This document shows, one piece after another, positions 16,686 to 24,000 of a DNA stretch of 24,000 nucleotides (position 1 is its first letter; every line of letters starts with the position of its first letter). Under the pieces are notes generated by a model. It ran no database searches and was not told the origin of the DNA. It was given only the letters and a program-made list of their open reading frames with translations. The DNA is taken from the NCBI RefSeq assembly GCF_019603315.1, contig NZ_CP080649.1:1970176-1994175 (forward strand). The letters run 5' to 3'. The position numbers and the translations under genes were made by a program. This DNA is from Ruficoccus sp. ZRK36. Its GTDB lineage: Bacteria; Verrucomicrobiota; Verrucomicrobiia; Opitutales; Cerasicoccaceae.

Positions 16686-17567
16686 ATGAGTAACAATACG
16701 TCTATTATCCGCCGGGCCCGTAAGGGTCTGAGTCTGGTCGAGTTGATGGTCGCCGTCGCGGTGATCGGACTGCTCAGTAGCCTGACCTTTGCTGTCAGTA
16801 CCAAAGTCAGTGAACACGCCGCGTTGACCAATGAGTCTGCTGTGGCCCGCAACATGGTGACCGCTTTCCTGCTATTTCCGCAGGATAATAATGGGGCACT
16901 GATGCGAGGTAAGGGGACCGAGCCGCGCAAGAACATTACCGGGTTCGACGGGCTGAGCCTGGATCCGGGCGAGGAGTCGGCCATGCGCTGGCCCTGGAAG
17001 CTTGCCAACCAGATGCCGGGTGGCGCCCAGGACCTGTTTACGAGCGCGCATCAGGACTACTATGCTTACCTGCGGGAGCGCCATGATGCCTACGGGATCA
17101 GCCTGACGCCTTCTCTCGGTTTGAACATGGTCTTTGTGGGCGGTAACTTCCGCAGCAGTACACTCTCGCCGCAGGCCGTGACCTATGCCAGCCGCCGTGA
17201 CCGGGAGGGGACCCCGACTTTTCCCAATGACTACTGTGTCACCCGTCCGAATATTGCCTACAAGCCCAGCGAGTTGATCGTCTTCGTGTCCACCTTCAGT
17301 GAGTATGCGGAGAACTGGGAGGATATCGGCTACTATATCGCAAATGCGCCCATCACGCCGGACGGCATGCGCTGGGGCAGCTACAATGAGGATATCCCGG
17401 CGAACATGGGCTTTGTCCATCTGCGTCACAACGAAAAGGCAGTGGTCGCCATGCTTGATGGCAGTGTCGGCCTGATGGGCGAAGACGAGCTGCGCGACAT
17501 GCGCCACTGGTCAAACCAGGCTGCTCGTTATGATGACGCGAATTTTGAGAATTTTAGCCGGAACTAA
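16686..17567 (+). CDS. Pseudopilin-like protein (prepilin N-terminal methylation signal)
   Basis: 'ARKGLSLVELMVAVAVIGLLSSLTFAV' and C-terminal 'KAVVAMLDGSVGLM' H-X9-DG-like segment; begins 17 nt after the preceding CDS. Confidence 0.87.
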   Translation: MSNNTSIIRRARKGLSLVELMVAVAVIGLLSSLTFAVSTKVSEHAALTNESAVARNMVTAFLLFPQDNNGALMRGKGTEPRKNITGFDGLSLDPGEESAMRWPWKLANQMPGGAQDLFTSAHQDYYAYLRERHDAYGISLTPSLGLNMVFVGGNFRSSTLSPQAVTYASRRDREGTPTFPNDYCVTRPNIAYKPSELIVFVSTFSEYAENWEDIGYYIANAPITPDGMRWGSYNEDIPANMGFVHLRHNEKAVVAMLDGSVGLMGEDELRDMRHWSNQAARYDDANFENFSRN

Positions 17568-17925
17568 GTGATATACAGATGCGTCTCAGTTGATGCATCC
17601 TTTTCGGATGTGGCAGCTATGAGATAGGAAAGTTGTTATTTTCTTAAAATATTAAGAAATAATTTGCTGAATTTGCTTTTTTGTGGAACCTTTGACGCAC
17701 GTCAAAGTCAGAACTTTCCAGAATACGAGTTTTAGCAAGGAGTTCCGGCCTTATCCGGAACGTTTTGGGGTAGAAACAGATGCCGCCATTCCCGCAAGGG
17801 GATGGCGGTTATCATTTATATAGGCCGGGAAAGAGCCGTGGTGGACGGGCTGGCCTTCCGGGAGTGAAGGGTGGGGAGACGCTCTTTCTGTTGGGGCCTG
17901 CGGGTCTACTCTCCGGGCACAAAAA

Positions 17926-17951
17926 AACGGCGCTCCATGGGGAGCGCCGTT
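17926..17951 (-). terminator. Intrinsic terminator of the glutamine synthetase gene
   Basis: Minus strand AACGGCGCTCC-CCAT-GGAGCGCCGTT followed by TTTTT; perfect 11-bp stem. Confidence 0.92.
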
Positions 17952-17981
17952 GGAAAGCTAAGTAAGCTAGAGGACCAGACC

Positions 17982-18992
17982 TTAGGCGGTCGGGACTTCC
18001 GCGATCGTCTTGAGGACGCGGGAGCAGATCCGGTAGGGGTCGCCCTGCGAGTTCGGACGGCGGTCTTCCAGGTAGCCCTTGTAGTCGTTCTTGACGAAGC
18101 TGTGCGGGACACGGATGGAGGCACCACGGTCAGCCACACCCCAGGAGAACTTGTCGATCGACTGGGTTTCGTGCAGACCGGTCAGACGCATGTGGTTGTC
18201 CGGGCCGTAGGCAGCGATGTGCTCGTCCTTGTTCTTTTCGAAGGCGTCCATCAGCTTGAGGAAGTACTCCTTACCGCCGACAGTGCGGAGGTATTCGGTC
18301 GAGAAGTTGCAGTGCATGCCGGAGCCGTTCCAGTCGCCCTGGAAGGGCTTACAGTGGTACTCAACGACGACTTCGTACTTTTCGCAGAGGCGCTCGAGCA
18401 GGTAGCGGGCGACCCAGATGTCGTCAGCACACTTCTTGGAGCCCTTGGCGAAGACCTGGAATTCCCACTGGCCCTTGGCCACTTCGGCGTTGATACCTTC
18501 GTGGTTGATGCCAGCTTCGATGCAGAGCTCAAGGTGTTCGTCCACGATAGCGCGGGCGATGCTGCCAACGTTTTCGTAGCCCACGCCGGTGTAGTATTCA
18601 CCCTGCGGGTTCGGGTAGCCGGATTCCGGCCAGCCCAGAGGACGACCGTCTTGGAAGAGGAAGTATTCTTGCTCGAGGCCGAACCATGCATTTTCGTCGT
18701 CTTCGATCGTGGCACGCATGTTGGTCGGGTGCGGGGTGCCGTCGGGGAGCATAACCTCACACATCACGATAAAGGCGTCATTGCGGCCGGCATCGGGATA
18801 CAGGGCGACAGGCTTGAGCACGCAGTCAGAGCTGCTGCCTTCGGCCTGCTTGGTCGAACTGCCGTCAAAACCCCACTCAGGGCAATCTTCGACGCTCTTG
18901 GGCGCTTCGCTGGCGAGGCGGGTTTTACCACGGAGATTCGGCACGGGCGTGTAGCCGTCGAGCCAAATGTATTCTAGCTTGTATTTTGTCAT
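17982..18992 (-). CDS. glnII: Glutamine synthetase, type II (eukaryotic-like GSII)
   Basis: 336 aa; 'LEYIWLDGYTPVPNLRGKTR', 'PEWGFDGSSTKQAEGSSSDCVLKPVALYPD', 'AWFGLEQEYFLF', 'GINAEVAKGQWEFQVF', 'GDWNGSGMHCNFST', 'ASIRVP'. Confidence 0.95.
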   Translation of the reverse strand: MTKYKLEYIWLDGYTPVPNLRGKTRLASEAPKSVEDCPEWGFDGSSTKQAEGSSSDCVLKPVALYPDAGRNDAFIVMCEVMLPDGTPHPTNMRATIEDDENAWFGLEQEYFLFQDGRPLGWPESGYPNPQGEYYTGVGYENVGSIARAIVDEHLELCIEAGINHEGINAEVAKGQWEFQVFAKGSKKCADDIWVARYLLERLCEKYEVVVEYHCKPFQGDWNGSGMHCNFSTEYLRTVGGKEYFLKLMDAFEKNKDEHIAAYGPDNHMRLTGLHETQSIDKFSWGVADRGASIRVPHSFVKNDYKGYLEDRRPNSQGDPYRICSRVLKTIAEVPTA

Positions 18993-19116
18993 GGGTTATT
19001 ATGTGTTCGAAGCAGTTGGTTGACCGGGACAGCTATATGGTCCCTTTCTCTTTAGATTGAGGGTCAGGAAGTTTCAGCAGAAGCGGTGCCAGTTTGTCAA
19101 TTTGGTAAATTTTTTC

Positions 19117-19569
19117 ATGCACGATATTAAGGACACTAAACAGGCCAGTGTGAGAATTACATACGATGGCCGCGTCCACAAGCGCTACCGTGGCCCGATG
19201 GCCCGCCAGCGCTACGAAAACGAAGTCCGGGTGCTGCGTTACCTGGAAAAAAAGGGCTGCGACTACGTCCCGCGCCTCCTGCATGCCGACCCCGACGAGG
19301 GCGATGGCTACATCGTCACCACCAACTGCGGTAAAGTGGTGGACAAGATCGCCTCAGAAAAAGCCGACGCGCTGTTTAAAGAGCTGGAAGATAAATATGG
19401 GGTGCGCCACGAGGACCGCTTTCCGCGCAACATCACCTACAACGACTGGACGGGTAAGTTTAACGTCATCGACTTCGAGTTTGCCACTATCCTGGAAAGC
19501 GGTGAAGGGCTGACGCTGGAGGAGGTCCAGGAGCACCGTGCAGGCGAAGGATGGGAGCGTAAGGACTGA
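19117..19569 (+). CDS. Small protein-kinase-fold (RIO/Bud32/APH-like) protein
   Basis: 'VHKRYRGPMARQRYENEVRVLRYLEKKGCDYVPRLLHADPDEGDGYIVTTNCG...HEDRFPRNITYNDWTGKFNVIDFEFATIL' shows a catalytic-loop-like D-x4-N and a DFE in place of DFG. ATG 19117 preferred over the ORF track start 19057. Confidence 0.65.
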   Translation: MHDIKDTKQASVRITYDGRVHKRYRGPMARQRYENEVRVLRYLEKKGCDYVPRLLHADPDEGDGYIVTTNCGKVVDKIASEKADALFKELEDKYGVRHEDRFPRNITYNDWTGKFNVIDFEFATILESGEGLTLEEVQEHRAGEGWERKD

Positions 19570-19570
19570 G

Positions 19571-20407
19571 ATGAGCGAATCAACGGCCAGCCCTGAAACC
19601 CTCCGCTTATCCTGGTCCGGCATGACTCATCCGGGCCGGTTTCGCAAAAATAACGAAGATGCCTTTTTAGCGCTGACCGTCGACCCCCAGGAGATGCGCC
19701 TGCTGGGTAAAGATGGCTCCGCACCGATGGACGGCTGCGACTTTATCTTTGCCGTCAGTGACGGCATGGGGGGTGCCAACGCCGGTGAGTTTGCCAGCCG
19801 GGTAGCCATTGACCGGATTTCGCACACTCTGCCGCGCAGCTTCTGGCTCGGAGCCATGGGGATGCGCCGTGGGGCCGGTGAGTGGCTGGATAATCTTTTT
19901 ACCGAGATCCATGCCGAGATGGGTAAAATGAGCCTTGTCTACCCGGAGTGCCGCGGGATGGGTGCCACCCTGAGCATGTGCTGGTTTGCGCCGGGGCGGA
20001 TGACCTTTGCCCATGTCGGTGACAGTCGCATCTACTACATGCCAAAGGACGGCGAGCTTCGCCAGATCAGCGAAGACCATACCCATGTCGGCTGGCTCCT
20101 GCGCACGGGGCAGATCACGGAGTCGCAGGCTCGTTTTCATCCCGGTAAGAGCGGCCTCCAGCAGGTGCTCGGCGGTAACGTCAGTAACCCTGATCCGCAG
20201 ATCGGCGCCGTTGACTACGAGCCGGGGGATGTCTTTGTCCTGACGACTGATGGCATCACCGACGGGCTTTCGCGGCCCGGCATCGAGGGAGTGGTCAAAA
20301 CGGGTCCCAAGAACGGCAAGACCCTTTCGCGCCTCCTGATCGACGAGGCGATGTTCAACTCCGGCCGCGATAACCTCACCGCCCTCGTCATCGAGATCGC
20401 GGAGTGA
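19571..20407 (+). CDS. PP2C/SpoIIE-type (Stp1-like) protein serine/threonine phosphatase
   Basis: 'SGMTHPGRFRKNNEDAFL', 'FIFAVSDGMGGANAGEFAS', 'GMGATLSMCWFAPGRMTFAHVGDSRIYY', 'VFVLTTDGITDGL', 'SGRDNLTALVIEI'. Confidence 0.92.
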   Translation: MSESTASPETLRLSWSGMTHPGRFRKNNEDAFLALTVDPQEMRLLGKDGSAPMDGCDFIFAVSDGMGGANAGEFASRVAIDRISHTLPRSFWLGAMGMRRGAGEWLDNLFTEIHAEMGKMSLVYPECRGMGATLSMCWFAPGRMTFAHVGDSRIYYMPKDGELRQISEDHTHVGWLLRTGQITESQARFHPGKSGLQQVLGGNVSNPDPQIGAVDYEPGDVFVLTTDGITDGLSRPGIEGVVKTGPKNGKTLSRLLIDEAMFNSGRDNLTALVIEIAE

Positions 20408-20519
20408 GGTGGAATGGAGAGGCGGGGCTACGCCTGATTGTCCCGTGCGGTCACGCACCCAGGGGCAGCGAACGCAGTGAGCGATGGGGTGGAACCCCAT
20501 CAATGCTGATCCAGCCGGA

Positions 20520-21326
20520 TTAACCGAAGCGGCCGCTGACGTAGGCCTCGGTTTGGGGGTCTTTGGGGTTCATAAAGATGGCCTCGGTTACGTTGTGCTC
20601 GACGAGGCGCCCCAGATAGAAAAATGCGGTGTGGTCGCTGACGCGGGCTGCCTGCTGCATATTATGGGTCACGATGACGATCGTATAGTCCAGCCGCAGG
20701 GAGTGGATCAGCTCCTCGACCTTGGAGGTGGCGACGGGGTCGAGCGCCGAGCAGGGCTCGTCCATGAGCAGGATTTCCGGCTCCACGGCGAGGGCGCGAG
20801 CGATACACAGGCGCTGTTGCTGGCCACCTGAGAGGGTCATCGCGCTGTCGTTGAGACGGTCTTTTACCTCGTCCCACAGAGCGGCCGCGCGGAGGCACTT
20901 CTCGACGGTTTCGTCGAGCCGGTCGCGGTGATGAACCCCCTGGATGCGCATCCCGTAGGCGATATTGTCGTAGATCGACTTGGGGAAGGGGTTGGACTTC
21001 TGGAAGACCATCCCGACCTTTTTGCGCAGCTCGATGACATCGATGCTGCGGTCGTAGATGTCGTAGCCGCCGATCAGGATGCGCCCACCGGCTACGCGGG
21101 CGGAGTCGGTGAGATCGTTGAGGCGGTTGAGGCAGCGCAGCAGGGTGGTCTTACCACAGCCGGAGGGGCCGATTAGGGCCGTCACACTGTTCGGGTTTAC
21201 GGTCAGATTGATGTCCTTGAGCGCCTGATTCTGCCCGTAGTAGAAGTCGAAGTGCTCGATCTTGATCAGCGTCTCTGGCTGCTCCTGAGGGGCGGCGTCC
21301 GGGTTTGCTGTCGGGGAGGATTCCAT
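20520..21326 (-). CDS. pstB: Phosphate ABC transporter ATP-binding protein
   Basis: '[22 protein letters not shown]', '[22 protein letters not shown]', '[36 protein letters not shown]'. Confidence 0.96.
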   Translation of the reverse strand: MESSPTANPDAAPQEQPETLIKIEHFDFYYGQNQALKDINLTVNPNSVTALIGPSGCGKTTLLRCLNRLNDLTDSARVAGGRILIGGYDIYDRSIDVIELRKKVGMVFQKSNPFPKSIYDNIAYGMRIQGVHHRDRLDETVEKCLRAAALWDEVKDRLNDSAMTLSGGQQQRLCIARALAVEPEILLMDEPCSALDPVATSKVEELIHSLRLDYTIVIVTHNMQQAARVSDHTAFFYLGRLVEHNVTEAIFMNPKDPQTEAYVSGRFG

Positions 21327-21341
21327 GGGAGCGATAAAGGA

Positions 21342-22397
21342 TTACCAGTTGTGGCGGGAGCGGATCTTGATCCGCAGTAGGATGGAGGTCAACGCCATGA
21401 CGGCGACGATGATCAGAAAGACAAAGGCCGTGCCGTACTGCATGCGCTCGGTGTAGGCGTTCTGCGGGAGCTTGGCGCTGACGACATAGAGGTGGTAGGG
21501 CAGGGCCATCACACCCTGGAAGAAAAAGTCGTACCAATGGTCGAGCCCCTCCCAGGGGAGCTGGTCGCGCAGCAGGTAGGCGGCGGTGAACATGATGGGA
21601 GCGGTTTCTCCGGCCACCCGGGCGATGCCGAGAATAGACGAGGTGAGGATACCCGGCAGGGCGTAGGGCAGCACGCTGGTCCGGATCATGGTCCAGCGGG
21701 TGGCGCCGAGTGCCAGAGAGGCTTCCCGGAATCCCGTGGGCACGCTGCGCAGGGCCTCCTCACTGGCAGAGATGATAACCGGGAGCACCATAAAGGCCAG
21801 GGTGAACCACCCCGCCAGGAGCGAGATATTCCAGTCCAGGAAAATCACGAACAGCCCGAAGCCGAACAGCCCGTACACGATTGACGGCACACCCGCCAAG
21901 TTGAGGATGGACAGGCGGATGAGGCGCAGCAGCGGGCCGCTGCTGCCGTACTCGCTCAGGAAGATCGCGCTGGCGATACCCAGCAGCATGGCGATGGTCA
22001 TGGCACCGGCCACAAGAAGCAGGGTGCCGATAATCGCCGGGAAAATACCGCCACCGGCATGCGCATAGGTGCGGTCCGGCGGGGGAGTGAGGCCGTTTGC
22101 CTCGTAGGTGGCCCGGAACTGCGAGTCGCTCAGCTCGTGGGTCTTGCCGTCGGCTTCAAAGACATGGAGCGTCTCCGGGGCCTGGGTGAGGAACTCCACG
22201 TTGATGTACGGCCACTCGGCCTGGAAAACCGCCTGCGAGCCCTTGATGGCAATCGTCAGAAGAATCGTCGATATGCACAGCAGGATAAAGTACGTCAGCC
22301 CCCGCAGTCCCCAGCGCACCACCAGCTCGACCCGCCGCGTGGTCGAGGGACGCGGCAGGAACGGGTTGTGGGCTGGCTCTGAGAGGGACGTTTTCAC
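21342..22397 (-). CDS. pstA: Phosphate ABC transporter permease
   Basis: '[20 protein letters not shown]', '[30 protein letters not shown]', '[29 protein letters not shown]'; GTG start at 22397. Confidence 0.94.
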   Translation of the reverse strand: MKTSLSEPAHNPFLPRPSTTRRVELVVRWGLRGLTYFILLCISTILLTIAIKGSQAVFQAEWPYINVEFLTQAPETLHVFEADGKTHELSDSQFRATYEANGLTPPPDRTYAHAGGGIFPAIIGTLLLVAGAMTIAMLLGIASAIFLSEYGSSGPLLRLIRLSILNLAGVPSIVYGLFGFGLFVIFLDWNISLLAGWFTLAFMVLPVIISASEEALRSVPTGFREASLALGATRWTMIRTSVLPYALPGILTSSILGIARVAGETAPIMFTAAYLLRDQLPWEGLDHWYDFFFQGVMALPYHLYVVSAKLPQNAYTERMQYGTAFVFLIIVAVMALTSILLRIKIRSRHNW

Positions 22398-22415
22398 GGT
22401 GGATGTCGTTGCGGG

Positions 22416-23984
22416 CTATTCGCCCACGCGGGTGTGGTGGAAAATCTTTTGAGCGGCGAAGTTGATCAGCAGGGTGAGCAGGAACAGCACCACCCCCACA
22501 CAGAAAAGCGCGCGGTAGTGGATGCCGCCTTGGGCGACCTCGCCCATCTCCTGGGCGATGATCCCGGTCATGGTATGGACCGGCTGGAAGGCGACGCCCG
22601 GCCCCTCGGTGAAGTCCGGGATGCGGATGCGGTTCCCCGCGCACAGCAGCACCACCATCGTCTCGCCAATGACGCGACCGATGCCGAGCAGGACGGCTGA
22701 GACAATGCCGCTGATGGCGGACGGCACGACGATAAACATGGTGGTCTGGAAGCGCGTCGCACCCAGTGCCAGTGAGGACTCGGCATAGATGCGGGGGACG
22801 CGGTTGATGGCGTCTTCAGACAGGGTGAAAATCGTCGGGATGGCCATCAGCGCGAGCAGGCACCCCGCCGTAAAGGCGTTGAGGCGCTCGGCCACCGGGA
22901 AGCCCGGTAGCCAGTCCAGCCATGGGACTTGCGAGACTTCGCGCACCAGTGTCCCGAAGACCGCGATGCCGAAGAAACCGATCACCACGGACGGGATGGC
23001 GGTGATGAACTCGATGCACGGCTTGATGAAACTGGATTCGCCGCGCCGGGCCATCTGGTTGGTGTAGATGGCTGCGCCCACCCCAAAGGGGATGGCCAGC
23101 AGGATGGCGATGCCGGTGACCATCAGCGAGCCGGTCAGCAGAGGCAGCAGCCCAAACAGGCTGTGCCCGTTGTTGTTCACGATCCAGTGGTCGCCGAACA
23201 GGAAGGCCTTGATCGATTCCATCAGGCCGACATGCTGCTCGGGGCTGGCCTCGGCCAGCGCAGCGGCATAGCGGGGCAGCCCGGCGGCGAAGGCGATCGC
23301 ATTCTGCCGGAAGCTCTCGGCCTCGGAGCGGAGCGCCGGGTCGTTTAGCTCCGGGAACTCTCTCAGCACGCGCAGGATGTCGTTTTCGAGCTGGTTGTTG
23401 AGAGCGGTCAGCTCGGGAAAGCTGGCTTTGATCTGGCTGATCGTGCCTGCGTAGTCGATCTCGTGCTCATGGCCGTCATGAGCGTGGCCCGGCGCATCAC
23501 GGTGCTCGATAGCGTTGGATTTCGCCTCTTTATAGGTCTCCGAGGCGAGGTCGCGCACCTTGATCTGGTAGTTGCGCAGGGGCAGGGAAAGGTCGCTGAA
23601 GCTGTAGATGTAGGCCTGCATGGGGGCCGTTTGCCGGGCAATGTCTTCCCGGCTCAGGCCTTTGCTCTCAAGCGTTTCGATCTGCTGTTTACGGATGTTG
23701 ACGAGCTGCCCGAGCAGGACGTTGAACTGGTTGTGCTCCTGCTTGACGATGGAGGAGTACTCCATCCCGCTGCGGCGGAACAGCTCCATGTCCGAGCGGT
23801 ATTGGGGGAAAAACGACAGGCCTTCACGAAACAGAAAGAAGGTGATCAGCAGCAGGACGATGACCGCCACGATGGCATTACCTCCGAAAAAGGCCTTCAG
23901 CAGTGCCTGCCGACCAACCCCGAGCAGCCGGTCCTCGCGGCGGCGGCTCAGATGAAACTCGGTCTGGGGAGGCGTGGCTTTCAT
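22416..23984 (-). CDS. pstC: Phosphate ABC transporter permease with long extracytoplasmic insertion
   Basis: C-terminal half 'PFGVGAAIYTNQMA...FITAIPSVVIGFFGIAVFG...[46 protein letters not shown]'; about 200 aa inserted after TM1, including 'HRDAPGHAHDGHEHE'. Confidence 0.93.
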   Translation of the reverse strand: MKATPPQTEFHLSRRREDRLLGVGRQALLKAFFGGNAIVAVIVLLLITFFLFREGLSFFPQYRSDMELFRRSGMEYSSIVKQEHNQFNVLLGQLVNIRKQQIETLESKGLSREDIARQTAPMQAYIYSFSDLSLPLRNYQIKVRDLASETYKEAKSNAIEHRDAPGHAHDGHEHEIDYAGTISQIKASFPELTALNNQLENDILRVLREFPELNDPALRSEAESFRQNAIAFAAGLPRYAAALAEASPEQHVGLMESIKAFLFGDHWIVNNNGHSLFGLLPLLTGSLMVTGIAILLAIPFGVGAAIYTNQMARRGESSFIKPCIEFITAIPSVVIGFFGIAVFGTLVREVSQVPWLDWLPGFPVAERLNAFTAGCLLALMAIPTIFTLSEDAINRVPRIYAESSLALGATRFQTTMFIVVPSAISGIVSAVLLGIGRVIGETMVVLLCAGNRIRIPDFTEGPGVAFQPVHTMTGIIAQEMGEVAQGGIHYRALFCVGVVLFLLTLLINFAAQKIFHHTRVGE

Positions 23985-24000
23985 GGGAGGCGTGGTTGCT

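Noticed and set aside
17871-18977. 368-aa ORF antisense to glnII
   Set aside because: Complete overlap with glutamine synthetase and the glnII terminator; composition typical of a shadow ORF.
1-24000. CRISPR array, transposon/IS, prophage or known anti-phage defence cassette
   Set aside because: No direct-repeat/spacer pattern, transposase, integrase, recombinase or recognised defence domain was seen. The tRNA-Ser has no adjacent integrase or obvious attachment-site duplication.

Overview
The window looks like ordinary chromosome from a GC-rich PVC-group bacterium, probably Verrucomicrobiota/Opitutae-like. That lineage call is an inference from PEP-CTERM tails, H-X9-DG-type pseudopilins and polysaccharide-degradation genes. 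From left to right it contains: (1) a polysaccharide/surface cluster with a LamG-like PEP-CTERM protein, a clan-A glycoside hydrolase, a pseudopilin, a sialate O-acetylesterase, and a tandemly duplicated heparin-lyase-like gene in which terminator, gene and upstream region were all copied; (2) a SugE/Gdx-type SMR exporter preceded by two ACGR-loop hairpins, a textbook guanidine-II (mini-ykkC) riboswitch, and a tRNA-Ser(GCU) just beyond; (3) a heme-uptake locus, hmuTUV divergent from hmuS, followed by a second divergent pair (a PEP-CTERM protein and a large secreted protein) whose products appear to share an undescribed domain, plus a pseudopilin. Both divergent intergenic regions carry closely related 15-nt Fur-like 7-1-7 operators (TGAGAYTGAGT...CA); (4) type II glutamine synthetase; (5) a minimal kinase-like protein translationally coupled to a PP2C phosphatase; (6) pstC-pstA-pstB, where PstC has a long extracytoplasmic insertion with a His-rich stretch. 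The best candidate for something undescribed is the putative iron/heme-responsive surface-protein pair next to hmuSTUV. The best-supported non-coding element is the guanidine-II riboswitch. I saw no CRISPR array, phage or transposase.
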